DNA of 63,897 nt, the filler included, from Rhabdomonas costata (lineage: Eukaryota): the NCBI GenBank assembly GCA_019059605.1. It is 41 parts of 41 records of this genome, joined end to end, with 100 filler letters (N's around TTAATTAATTAA, not from the genome) between each part and the next. Parts side by side here need not be neighbours in the genome. Positions count along the whole stretch, not along the records: positions 26,547 to 28,007 come from JAHMHO010015350.1; positions 28,108 to 29,568 come from JAHMHO010015351.1; positions 29,669 to 31,129 come from JAHMHO010015352.1; positions 31,230 to 32,690 come from JAHMHO010015353.1; positions 32,791 to 34,251 come from JAHMHO010015354.1; positions 34,352 to 35,810 come from JAHMHO010015355.1; positions 35,911 to 37,371 come from JAHMHO010015356.1; positions 37,472 to 38,932 come from JAHMHO010015357.1; 33 more parts are not named here. One strand, given 5' to 3'. The notes under the pieces are model-generated. The model was not told the DNA's origin and ran no database searches. It was given only the letters and a program-made list of their open reading frames with translations. Shown piece by piece: positions 27,861 to 40,659 of this stretch (position 1 is the stretch's first letter; each line of letters begins with the position of its first letter). The position numbers and the translations under genes were made by a program.

Positions 27861-30854
27861 GACAGAAAAGAGCGCGCGGGACGCAAGGGAGGGAGAGGAG
27901 AAGGTAGTATAGGATGAAACAGGAAACAAACATTCTAAGGTTTCTCTGATGTGCGTGATTGTATTCGAGTTTCCACAGATGCAAGCGCGCGCGAAGACAA
28001 CAAAACANNNNNNNNNNNNNNNNNNNNNNNNNNNNNNNNNNNNNNNNNNNNTTAATTAATTAANNNNNNNNNNNNNNNNNNNNNNNNNNNNNNNNNNNNN
28101 NNNNNNNGTGGGTGACAGTGATTTGACAGGGGACCGGTGGGGGGTGGAAGCTACGTTTCATCGTCTTTGTTCAGGCGCGTCTCCTGAAGACATTCAGGGC
28201 AAGGATGACCCATGCCCATCCAACTCAGGAACAGGCGAGCAAAATTGACGGCCAATGTGAACGGAAACTGAACCGGCGGATAGGTCTTCATGGGGCTGCC
28301 ATTGCTACTTGTCGCCTCGATCCAAGCTGGGCCATTGGCTGCAGGCATTCTTGGCCAGCAGGGTGAATGGAAAAGGATGCAGCTGAAAACAAGCTGTCGC
28401 ACAAGCGGAGACCGACCAACAGCATGAGGGTTGCATGCAACCCGTGGAACAAAAGTGTTATGAAAAAACAATGGGAGACTTCGTATGTTTCGCCGGTTGG
28501 GTTGTTGGGTTGCATAAACTTGTGTTCCAGAAATCGCTCCACTGAAAAAGACGAAAAGTGCAGCGCTACAGTACGCGCAGCTGCCTGTGGCCCAGAATGT
28601 GACCAGATATACTGCAGTTCAAAGAAAATAGAGCAGACGGCTAAACGGCATCTCCACATATCCACATAGAAGATATGATAAAGATATCATAAAATTCCAT
28701 CGTAAAATAATGGGGGGAGGGTACACTCTTTTTCCTCCACCACGCATTCAGGCAATCTTCTCCTCCAAACAATTGTGTACTTTACAAAAATTTACAAAAG
28801 CTGCCGCAACAAAATCGGAGACCTGGACTCACCAACCAGAACAAATCCACTATGGACAGAATCCCGACTTGCGAAAACGGACCGGCGTGAGGAGAGGCGT
28901 TTGGGCAGGCTGTAATCAGCAGATTTCAACCAAATATCTACGATGCGTAGACATTTGTCATACAAGTAAAAAAAAAGCAAAAACAGCAACAGTTTTCCGC
29001 CATCGTTCTGATTGATTGGGAGATGACGCGTGGCTGCAATATGAGAGTCCCAAAAGCCCAATGCCATGGGGAGGGGGCAATCAGCGAAAAAAGCCCACGC
29101 CACTAACCTGCCAAAAACAACGTGACAAGCCATAGATGCTTCGCTACCAGTCACAACGTGATAATTTGAGATTTTGCCGGAGCACTGGTCCTCCAATAGC
29201 CAACTGCCTATCAGCACAAAGACCCCAATGCAAAGTCTACATTACCGGCCTACAACAGAGGTCAATGACAGGAATGGCACGCAAAGGACTGGAATCACCC
29301 CAAGGAAAACTTTTCGCAAACCAACCAATCGCAAAACATACCACAGACGCAAAGAGCAAACAGCGACCTCATCATCACACCACACCCTGCCAGAACGAAG
29401 CCCACTGCCCAGAGCGAGCAGGGCTACTACCGCACGCAACGGTTCAGTGGATGACAAGCCATTTCCAATGCTCCCAGATTAGCCCGTCCCATCCCAGCCC
29501 GATTTCTTATGGGCGCCGCTGGCGACGGTCGAAGTAGGACAGCAGGCCAGCCGCGAGCACCCCCAAAANNNNNNNNNNNNNNNNNNNNNNNNNNNNNNNN
29601 NNNNNNNNNNNNTTAATTAATTAANNNNNNNNNNNNNNNNNNNNNNNNNNNNNNNNNNNNNNNNNNNNGTTCAACTATTTGATTTATGTAACACTCATCA
29701 GTAGATCAGTAAATCCACTGGATAGGGTGGATAAGTACAGCAGCAAGTCATTCAGATCATGCAGAAGGGCATCGGCCTACAAAGGTGTGAAACAAGTGGC
29801 ACCAACATTGTTCTCTTCTGAAATGCGATGAAAAAGAGAGAAAATACCGCACCTGCTGCAATCTGGGAGTAGCCTAATCCGGCCGAACCTGCGCAAACCC
29901 CACAGTATAGAGGCGAACGAACCCACGAAAATGAACATATACCAGCTATAAAAACATTCACGCACGCACACACCCATACACTTTGTGCACTTGAAGGAGG
30001 AATTTTTTCTGAGGAGGACTCGAGCTCCAATTGGGCCGGTCGGGCCTCACGCCCTTGTCGGCCCATGGTATTTTGTTCCACGGTCCAGCGCACACAGGGC
30101 TCTCGTAACATCACGTACTTCTCAGGTCTCCACGTCTGAGGAATGTGGAAATGAGTGGTGGCGCAGGAGGTCGGGTCCGCCAGAGCCTGATCCTTGATGA
30201 TGACACACTATCAACTATCGGGGGGAGAGGATCCCAACCCGGCTCGCAGAGACTGCGCGTCGGGCAGCACGGGCCGGGGGAAGCGCGCAGCCCCAGCACA
30301 CTTGGTGCCCGGTGTTCAGTCACTGAGTGCTTCATGTTCTGCATCCACAACGCTATGCCGGGAAGAATCGTTCGATGTCGGGATATTTATTTGGGAGGAC
30401 CCCTCCGACAGGCACTGGCCTGCGGGTATATCTGCCTCTCTATCCCGCCTTTCCCACCGCCCCGGACTTAAAAAGAGCTTGGGACTGAGTTCGGTTTACT
30501 GTGTGGCCACAACATCTGTTCTCCGTTGATGGCGTCTTGAAAACGCCGAACAAGGCCGAACCAGCTTTTTTGATGACTTCCACGCCATCAAACCCGGAAA
30601 CTAAGACCGGGGAAGCAAGTTGGGCACCAGACCCCAGGTGTGGAATGCCAAGCCCTTGTGGATGGCAGGAAGTGCGCGGGAATTTAAACGCCAAAGCGCT
30701 AAGGCGCCTTTACTTTAAGCTCTTTTGTTCGTTTTAGTTATCTTTTATTTCTTCTTTTTCCGGGCCCTTTGGCGCCCAAATCGGCGAAAAAGCTGAGGAA
30801 GCTAGGGGGAAGAAAATTGGTTTTCTTTTATATTTTGTGCGTTCTCAATGGGTC

Positions 30855-31126
30855 GGTTGATTTGAAAGAAACCAAATTAAATTTTTTGAATGTTATTCTT
30901 TTCTAAGGAAATCTTTTCGGGCAACGAAAGTCCACCCCCCACGGGTTCTTGTCCTTCATTTCCGGTGGCAGACGCGTGGTGGTTTTCCGTAGTCGCAGCG
31001 GGTTTTCCAGCAACATTGCGCGGAACGCGTTAGGGTTATCGTTTGAGGTGTTAGCCAGCCGGAGAGAACTTGCAGCAGAAATGAATAACATTCAAAAAAT
31101 TTAATTTGGTTTCTTTCAAATCAACC
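30855..31126. repeat. Perfect 44-bp inverted repeats flanking a 184-bp spacer (MITE-like or fold-back chimera)
   Basis: 30855-30898 is the exact reverse complement of 31083-31126. Confidence 0.93.
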
Positions 31127-31268
31127 CACNNNNNNNNNNNNNNNNNNNNNNNNNNNNNNNNNNNNNNNNNNNNTTAATTAATTAANNNNNNNNNNNNNNN
31201 NNNNNNNNNNNNNNNNNNNNNNNNNNNNNGTGGGGTGTGTGCCTGTGTGTGTGTGTGTGTGCACGGGC

Positions 31269-31940
31269 CTGGATTTGCCCAGCCTGTGGTTCCCGTTGAA
31301 GCAGCGGGGCCCATTAGCAGCCTCCGGGAGACCCACGAGCCCCCGCTCGAAGGGCGTGCGGTCGTCCACAGAGGCAGAAATCTGACCCCCCCAAAAGCGC
31401 CCCATATGGATAAAGAGGGTAGGGATCCATCACCATTACACTGCGTCTCCTGGAAAGGCACCTCCCTCGTCTTTACGCAGATACTGAAAGGAGGGGGGGG
31501 GGGGCAAAGGAGTGTTGAAGCTGGGCTGTGGCCAAAGCTGGCGTTTCCATTGATATTCGCTCGAATTTGTGGTGTTCCCATACCTTCCATCCAAGTTCTG
31601 GATAAAGCCCAGCTCTCAACAGGCATGTCACGCCGTCGGCCAACTTTGTGCAACATATCTGACGAAATGATCGCCACGTCCACAAACTGTGCAGATACCA
31701 AAAAGTCTCCAGCTTCTAAGCGATTGTTTCTCCCCTTACTTTGCAGGACACACAACAACAGTTCGGCCAACCTTCATACTAGCGCGTGGCCCTTACCTGG
31801 TTCCAGCGGACGTCTGTGTCCACCAGAAAACCACGGTAGGCCGGCGTGGCGGCGGTCAGCGCGAGCATCAGCGGGGCGACCACCGCAAGCTGGTCGTACA
31901 GGAGCCGGGCTTCGGTGAGGTTCCGCGCCTGGAAGGTCAT
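31269..31940 (-). CDS. GSH1: Glutamate-cysteine ligase catalytic subunit, exons 31797-31940 and ~31269-31381
   Basis: MTFQARNLTEARLLYDQLAVVAPLMLALTAATPAYRGFLVDTDVRWNQ|ISASVDDRT...KSR matches the eukaryotic GCS family. Confidence 0.93.
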
Positions 31941-34351
31941 CTGAGGCAATCCCCCCGAACATCGTCCCAGGCGTAGGGAATCGAAAAACATCACCAACAA
32001 CAAAAACAAGACTTAACACAGGACAGACAGCTGAGCCTGTATTGAGCGGCCCAAGAAAATCCCAAAATTTATTCACGTTGGTCCAGGAGTTGCTCCAGGA
32101 TGGCGCGGATTTTCTTTGCCCTTGAGATGCTGCTAATGGTTGAAAATGAGGGGAAATCGACGACCTCGAGCAGCAGTTCCCCTGCAGCACGGCTGAGATC
32201 ACTGGAAGCCGAGTGAGGAGCATCGGCACGACTCCCACGAGGGGCTGAACTCGCAGCAGCCTTCACGAAGATGTTCTCGTTGGACACTTTGACTGCTGGA
32301 TCATTGGGGGAGGGCCTGGAGTGTCGCAGCACCATGGAAGAATTGGTGGGAAAGAGAATGCATCAAAACGGAGCAAAAGACTAAAGAACAGCATTGTGTA
32401 CTTTTCCTCCCACATACAGTTTATTTCTTGGAAGGAAAAATATAGATTATATATACCCTGGTGGGTCATGCCCTTCACTACGTTTAAAGAGAGAGTATTG
32501 CAATCCAAAAAGCTTTTTTTAACGCAGATTTGCAGATTTGATGTCACCCTTTCACCAAGCTGTTTTCCCTGCAAGCAGCATGGCACACCATCGCCCACGA
32601 TTTCTTGCAGGTGTTTTACACTCCCACCAGGGACGACCAATTGACCCATGAAAAATGAAGTGTGTCGTCTTGGACAACAGAGAAGAAAAGNNNNNNNNNN
32701 NNNNNNNNNNNNNNNNNNNNNNNNNNNNNNNNNNTTAATTAATTAANNNNNNNNNNNNNNNNNNNNNNNNNNNNNNNNNNNNNNNNNNNNGGTTGTGGTG
32801 GTGCGCCCGCATTAATTATGACTTTGATACGAAGGCTTCGCTTGAGGTGCTTTGGGACACCTTGTTGTGTTGATTCTTCTGTTATTCTCTTGTCCGCCTT
32901 TTGGCCTTGGCGGGAAGATTTGAGTGCCTCACCTGCACCAGGTGCCAGGAGTCATTCCACACCTTACTCCGGCTTAACATTCGCCGCAGCGTGTAGTTTT
33001 CGTTTCTTGCGTTTATTTTCCTTTGACTTGGCTGCTTTTTTCATTGTCCGGATGTGCCCCACTTTGAACTGGGCCGCGGGAGGTTTGTGTAACAACCGGT
33101 ACGGCCCAGAAATTCTTTATGCTGGCACTGGAAGTGGGCCGGATTGTTTCGGTTTGTTGTGCCCCAGAGGTGTTGCAAGGGCCATTACCTTGCAGGCACT
33201 TTGGATGAAGCTGGCTTCACAGAGTCAGAGACAAAGAGGTTTTTCGGCAGCGCCCCCGGCATACAGTTGATGTGTGGTAATGGCTGGTGACAGATCTGGA
33301 AGGGAAAGTGGCTTAGTTCGACCATCGGTATTCCACTCTGCTGAGACGTGGGCTTTTCCCTGTTTCATATAAGCTTAAGCTTCGAAGGTTCTCATTGAGA
33401 ATACCCGGATTGAGAATACAAGCACACGCTTAATCAATTGTTTGAGCAATGAAGTGCAATCCCTAAAATTACTCGCTTAATGCTCCCGCATACTGCCTCA
33501 GCAGGGACCGAGGTCCTGAGCAACTCCACCTTTCCTTTGGAGCTGCCTGCGCTGTGGGGCCCGGCGTGCTTTGAACTATCTCCGCTCCCCGCGGGAGCCT
33601 TGACTCACCTTCGGGTGGTCAACCGTGATGGCCTCAGCACCACTACTACCGTGGAACTCCCATCAAAGCTGGCGCCGGGGATGGACATTCTGTGCTAATC
33701 GCACTGAAGTTCTTTTTTTCAGTGAAATGGAACTGCTTGTACAGAAAGCATCTCATGTCAGTGGGTGGGTGGGTGTGCGTGCGTGCGTGCGTGCGTGCGT
33801 GTGCGTTGTTGCTAACCTCTGGGCGGTGCGAGCCGGGCGGGTAGCAGTGTGCAAGCCTGGGCCTTTTTTCCGTGAGAGATCGGCTTGCTTTGCATCTCTG
33901 GCGTGTGCGTGGTGTGTGCCTTTGGTTTGTAGCTGGCCCACGCAGCTACCGCCGTTTTTCTTGATGCACAGCCTTTGACCTGGGGCTTGTTCGACTTGGC
34001 TGTCTGCCTGCCCTTGATTGGTGGCTCTGGTTGGGTCAGTGGTTCTCGGTTTTGGTGGCCTTGTGTGACCCAGGTTTCGGCTGATTCTGTAATTTGTCGT
34101 CATTCTGCTGTCGCGTAATCGTGCCGGTGTTCAAGTAACCTTCAGTCCCTGTCGTGACAGTGCTCGAAGCCATTCTTGCAGGACTTTCACCGTTCGTAAT
34201 GTATCCCCGTGTCCAATTCATCACTGACTGCAAATTCAAGCACCTACCCCCNNNNNNNNNNNNNNNNNNNNNNNNNNNNNNNNNNNNNNNNNNNNTTAAT
34301 TAATTAANNNNNNNNNNNNNNNNNNNNNNNNNNNNNNNNNNNNNNNNNNNN

Positions 34352-34771
34352 GGTTGTTGGGGCAGGGTGTTCGCGAAGCAGGTCATCTCCTGGGTTGCCT
34401 ACCTGGTAGGCTACCACCAATTCAAGGAGATGGCTGTATGGTACAACACCGTGGTATCCCCGGACACCGGAGAGGTCTATCACAGGCCGATCAGCTTGGG
34501 GCAGAAGGTGGCTGTGGGGGTAGCGACAGGGATGCTGTCCTCCCTGCTGCACACCCCGGTGGATATGCTGAAGACACAGGCCCAGCAGGCCCACCCGGTG
34601 ACCCCAGGGGGGGTGGGACAGGCCGCCCGGGCAATCTTTCAGAGCTATGGCCTAGCCGGGTTTTACACCTCGCTGCAGGTCAAGCTTCTGCGCTCGGCGT
34701 GGTACTCCGGGGTCACACTGCTAGTAATGGACTACATGGATGCCCTGCCCCAGCACATGAAGCTGCGGTAG
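34352..34771 (+). CDS. Mitochondrial carrier family protein, C-terminal part
   Basis: PVDMLKTQAQ (Px[DE]xx[KR] signature) followed by YGLAGFY. Ends at TAG. Confidence 0.88.
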   Translation, partial: GCWGRVFAKQVISWVAYLVGYHQFKEMAVWYNTVVSPDTGEVYHRPISLGQKVAVGVATGMLSSLLHTPVDMLKTQAQQAHPVTPGGVGQAARAIFQSYGLAGFYTSLQVKLLRSAWYSGVTLLVMDYMDALPQHMKLR

Positions 34772-35414
34772 GCGGTGGGCGGGAAGAGCCGAGGGCGGTG
34801 GGGCCTCCTCCGATCGACGCGTGATCCTCGTGATCCCAGTTTTGGGACACATTGGGACCGTTGTCGAAGGCGTTCCCATCTCTGTTTTCGTGGAGCGCCC
34901 CTTGTTTTGTCTGCTCTTGAGAAAAATGCGTTTGCATCTAGCTAAGTCCCTCTTTTATGCTGCTCATATCCTCAGTTTTACGAAGCGTGGGTCTGTCCCA
35001 TCTGGACGAGGTTACCGTGGCGTTGCTACCCGAACTATCGTTTCCACTGAATCAGGTGGGCTACGTAAAATCCTAGCAACCCGACAAATTCCGTGTTGCG
35101 ATTGAGCTCCCCAATTCCAAAACAAGTAAGCTGAATTTTTCAGTATTACAAGCAAGTCCTTCGGCTCAGAACGATCCAGGGTGCTTCGCCATTCCTAAGC
35201 AACGTCACCAACACAGCATACCTCTGCTGCTGCCTGGCCTTTCCCTCCAAAAAAAAGAAAAGAAAAGAAAGCCTTCTGTGGACGTTCGCATTGCTCTGTA
35301 TTTAGACTTCTACTTTCTCTACAGCACGTGACTTTTCTTTCCCGGTCTGCTTTTGTACTGCCTCGATGGTGCTGGCATAGTATACTTTGCGCTTCTATAG
35401 CTTCGGAGTGAGAA

Positions 35415-35810
35415 ATGGAGGAGACGATTACCGTAGACCTGGACGCTCTGCTGAAGAATATTGTGGTATTCTTTTTTGCTCAGATGTCCAAAATCCGGGA
35501 AACGTTCTTGCGCAACCCTGGGTCCTGTTCCTCTCGAAGTTCATTTCACCGCACTGCAACCAACTTTTCTTGTGTAGGACGTAAAGAGGTTGAAATAGGA
35601 ACGAGCGCCGTGTTTGACGTGTTTGACGCGTCTGAAGGAGGCTTTTTCCCTCAGTGGACAAGATCCACTTTTGCATTCCGCATCTTTCGTGGGGCGTGGG
35701 GCTTTGCAGGCCAGAGCGTACACAAGGCTTCGAAATGACCTCCCCCTGGAGCTCGCCTCCTCCCCAGCTCACACCCGGCGCAAGCAGCTTCTGGCGTTCT
35801 TCACTAACCT
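35415..35810 (+). CDS. 5' exons of an unknown gene downstream of the carrier
   Basis: ATG 15 nt after a pyrimidine tract and TAG. GT donor at 35466, and an exon from 35710 open to the contig end. Confidence 0.4.
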
Positions 35811-38605
35811 NNNNNNNNNNNNNNNNNNNNNNNNNNNNNNNNNNNNNNNNNNNNTTAATTAATTAANNNNNNNNNNNNNNNNNNNNNNNNNNNNNNNNNN
35901 NNNNNNNNNNAGCCTGTGATACGGCTTTTCCCCGAACCGGAATGCACGCAGGCTGCTATAGCTTTTGGATCCTTTTCCCACAAGTTTCTGATTAATTCAC
36001 CAAATGCAACTCGGGACCGGGACCCACGCCCCTCGAGAGAAAGATCTGGAAGCATCTAAAAAAGAAAAAAAAATCTAAAAATCCAATAACCTCAGTCCGG
36101 TTTCACCTCAAAAAGTCACTAAAAACCCTTGATTTCGGGTGTGATTATAAGAATGGGTGCGGAAAAGTGTCACAAACACACACATTCCGCACCCGGACCG
36201 GGGTGGTCCCGGAAGAGGAGAAGCGAAACCCAGCTCCACACCAAGATTGCATCGATGGGAGCCGCCTTTGGCCCGCGGCGCAGCACTACCACAAACTCTG
36301 GCATCACCACGATTCAGCGAGTCAAAGCAAGAAATCACCTAGACATAATAACAGAGTGTATGACCTGTCAAAATGACGAGGAGACCGGAAAAGGAGTCGG
36401 TCGAAAACGCAACCTGCTCGAAACGCCTCATTCAAATATTCCAATTGAGATCTCAATCATATTGGCAAGCTCGTTGACGTGCGCAAAATTTGTACAGTGG
36501 GCGCAGACTAGAATATCTGAGCTCTTATTCAGATTGAAACGCGTCCTTCCATGCAAAAAAAAAAAAGAAGAAAACATTCACGCAAGCAGCGGACAAACGG
36601 TATGGCGACTCTAGAGGGTGTGGCATGTCTCCATTCATATTTTCATCAGCCCTGCATTTTAGCAAGAGTCCATTTTGTACCCAAGCTGGTGCCGCGACTC
36701 CGGACAAACAATTAATGGTCAAGCGAACAACGTAAACGTCAATACGGTGGTTTCGCTGGAAAATTATCTGCGGGGATGACCTGGGCCTTTCTCTACATAT
36801 TTGGAATGATCAGGGATTGATGAGCTTGGGGGTTGGTTGGTTGGGGGGGGTTCACCAACAGAAAATGAAAGCAGTGGCATTTACACAATATTTCATAAAT
36901 TTTGTGACTGTTGGGACTTACAAATGGAAGCAAGCGGAAAGCATGATATCCATTTTATCGGCAGGCTAGCACCTTCTACTGACAGTACGCATTATCAAAA
37001 TTCGGCACAAGGAAACTTGTGGATGACTCTGAAAGAAAAACAACCACCCAGAGTCACACCCAACGAGGTTGTGCAAGTTGTGGGAAAGAGGCATCAGCTT
37101 GCGTACACAAGCAAGAACAAAAGGGATTGGTGATCCGTGCTTGCAAAGCAAGGGCACGAAAAACTAAAGGGGGACGGTGAACGCCAATTCCAGTGACATC
37201 CCGCGAAGTTCATAGTGTGTATTTTCCAAAAAAAAAAAATCAAGAACCGCTGAAAGTTCAGGGGCTTAGCTTGATGGAGCTTGCCCTAGTACTCTTCCAC
37301 AGATCCAATCATTCTCGAGACAAGCAACTTTGCAAGGAGAAGGTTGTCCTCTTCAGACTGACAACCCAACCNNNNNNNNNNNNNNNNNNNNNNNNNNNNN
37401 NNNNNNNNNNNNNNNTTAATTAATTAANNNNNNNNNNNNNNNNNNNNNNNNNNNNNNNNNNNNNNNNNNNNTTTGTTTGGGAAGGTATACGCAAGGAAGT
37501 GCTTGTCGGATGCGACTTGGGTCTGGCCACCCGCTGCTGGGCCACGGTTTGTGTTTGTGGTGTTGTGTGGGATGATGTTAGGTTGGCTGGTTGGTTTTGA
37601 GTTTGCCCGCCCTTTCAGGTGTGCTTTGTTAGATAGCTGGTACAATTAAGCGGCTTGGGACGTTCCCAGCACCCGGGGCTGCATAACGAGCATACGTGGT
37701 AAACATCGCGCTTGTAGATATCCCTCCTCGTGCCCCTTTCTCCATGCTGAGTTAATCTCCAGATGTTTCTTGCCCACCTTCCGCTGGTTTCGTGATATAA
37801 CCATCCAGCGAGTACCTAGAACGACAGTTTGAAAACCTTGGGAAGGGAAGGGGTGCTCTTTGCGTCTTTGGTTCACGCAGAATTTTCCCTGCCTTCGAAG
37901 GAAGTGCGCCTGACCTCTCTGTGCATTTCACTTCAGACCTTCCTTCGAAGATTGGCGCTCCGTGCGTACTGTTTGCTCTGTGTTTTATTGTTGGGCTGCC
38001 TGCTTGCTGGCCTTACTGAGTACGTCGCTCAAATAGCTGAGGCGTTTGCCATTAGCAAAGGAAGCGCACCATCAAGGTGTCAACATCGCTCCTGCCCCCC
38101 GACTAAGGGTAGGGAAGGGGGTTGGAGCTGCGACCATGATGGCGGAAGTTCCAGCTGAGGACCGATAACATGGGAGCTATGACAGCGTTATCTACTACAC
38201 ATTTTTGACTCACTCGTGCCCTCATGTATGTGGTTTGATTGCAATGTCTACAAGCATAATTATGGGTGGGATCCCCTTCGGTTCCATCACTCTGAACTCA
38301 TTTTGGCACCCCCCCCCCCTCTGAGGGAAGCACGAACCTGAGAGTGTGTAATATTTCCCACTTTCCGGCTGTTCATTGGGTGAACCAGGAAATTCTCAAT
38401 ATAGGCCGCCTCTAAAATCAACCTGTCCCACTCCCCTGCTAAACCAAAGCAACAAGAGACCCCTAAGTCCACAAAACCGAAAACCGTCAGGAGTGCCATT
38501 TCTTCCAGTTTTTGGTTGCAGTGCTCTCCTGTGTGTGTCGCTTTTTATTTTATTTATTTATTTTTGCTCTTTTTACCGACCTGTCTAGCTGAGTCAGTTC
38601 CAGAG

Positions 38606-38738
38606 ATGGCGAAGGCCCTCCTGGACTGGACGGCTGTTAAAAAGAACGTGTTTGTGGTTGTTGTGGTGCTGGCGGCGCTGATCTTCCTTGTGGAAGACGT
38701 GCCTTTCTCCGCGCTCTTTCCAATTCGACACGAAGGAG
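38606..38738 (+). CDS. First exon of a probable type II membrane protein
   Basis: MAKALLDWTAVKKNVFVVVVVLAALIFLV has basic residues followed by a hydrophobic helix. A GT donor follows. Confidence 0.5.
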
Positions 38739-40659
38739 GTACTCAACATTTGAAACACCAGCACCAGTGCACCAGTGCGGTCAAGTGGCCAATGCTTCCA
38801 ATGCAAGCACGGAGCTCTTTTGAAGCTTCACAAGTCGGCGCGGCGGGCGCAGCGCTAAGGGATACCCTAACGAAACGAGTGGCATCTGACTGTCGCCCTT
38901 CGTTTTGTACCTACTCCGGGGACCCCCCACCCNNNNNNNNNNNNNNNNNNNNNNNNNNNNNNNNNNNNNNNNNNNNTTAATTAATTAANNNNNNNNNNNN
39001 NNNNNNNNNNNNNNNNNNNNNNNNNNNNNNNNGGGGGTGTGGTGATGAAAAAAGTTATACTTAGCATCCAACGCGCGTTGTTTTTGTCACAGATCTCCCT
39101 ACACAGACAGCTGTGGAGCGGGGAGCGGGTCCTTACAGTGCGTTGCGTTAGGGAGAAATATACAGGACAATCCAAAAAAGCAGGACTGACTCGCTAACAT
39201 TACAGTTTTTGATTCTGAATCGGGGCATGGTTTGAAGGCGAGTGGGGAGGTGCCCAACTTTTGCTGGCTGAGGCCGGTCCGAGAGCACCATGTCTTGCCA
39301 TTGTTGCGAATAGCAAGAAAAAGCTTTTGCCACATCTACTGCATACAAGACCAATTTTTCACACTCATGAACACGATGCGTACAAAAAGATACCTGCAGG
39401 ACAGGCGGTACAGTGGGTCATGTTCGCTGTGGCGTACGTTCCTTTGGGGCAGCCCACGCAGTATGAGACGTCATCGGAGTTCAACGAAATCGTTCCTGGC
39501 AGGAAGCAAGAGGTGTTCACCCCAAATTATTCTGTGCCGTGAGTACGCCCAGGCTGCCACGGGTCAATATGGCCCGCGCCACGTCAGAAGTGCGAAGTGA
39601 GAAATCACAGCTTCTGTTACAAGCACATCTGGAAACCAGCGGCATATCTCAGAAAAAGTCACCAACAAGTCCAAAAGGTAACATTGGTAACGCTTTTTGC
39701 ACCTCTCACTTATGAGGTGGCATGGTCAATAGAATGTGATACCGGGTGTCGGGGTGCGCGACCAGAGATGCATTTGGGGACACCCTCCCCCCCCTCTTAC
39801 GGTGCATTTTACGGTGAAATGCCGCATAACCCCATATGAGACCTTCTGTCTTGTTCTATGTGTGTGGAGGGGAGGGAGCAGACCTGGCGGACAGGGAAAG
39901 CAGGTGGTACTGAACGAGCTAAGGTTGAAGATCCCAAAGGTTCTGGTCCCACATGCTCTCCCTGGAAGGATCCACTGCCCGTGGTCGAGCTGAGCACCAC
40001 AGTGGAAAAGATGAAAAGAAAAAAAAGGACGCAAAACCACAAACACATACACATTTTACGGGGGAGCAGAATCGCTGAAGCCAAGAGGCGCGGAGGGTAG
40101 AAGTAAATACCGTGGCAGAGGGGAGCCACATCATGCTCAGCAGAACAGAGTCCTCCAGACAAGCCCCGTCACTAATCTGCTGCCCAGTGTTGTCTGTAAT
40201 GGGGCGGCAGAACACCGTGTCGCCGTGCAGCCCACCGTGCATCACTCGCCTGGTCTCCGCAAAAACAGCGTCCGCGACAGAGGGAGGAACCTGAGAGGCA
40301 CACACACTCTGGTCAGGGGAACGCGTAAGTTTCCAGAGGAACGGGCGGAGTGCTGAGGTTCCAAAGCGCGACTCCTGAAATATCCAATCCCAAGGAGAGA
40401 GCCCCGGTCCGGTACGGTAATTCTATACAACAAAATGAGAAAGGCAAGGGGCACGATGGGATGTGCATAAAGTGTTGTAGACTCCACACACCCNNNNNNN
40501 NNNNNNNNNNNNNNNNNNNNNNNNNNNNNNNNNNNNNTTAATTAATTAANNNNNNNNNNNNNNNNNNNNNNNNNNNNNNNNNNNNNNNNNNNNGGGTGGT
40601 GGTGAAAAGTCTGAAACCATATTTGTCTCAAGATGTGTCACAGTTGGCTTTTCTGCATA

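Noticed and set aside
35578..35640. Apparent in-frame TAG (35596-35598) in a candidate exon, suggesting stop reassignment
   Set aside because: The TAG can itself be the splice acceptor, which keeps phase 0.
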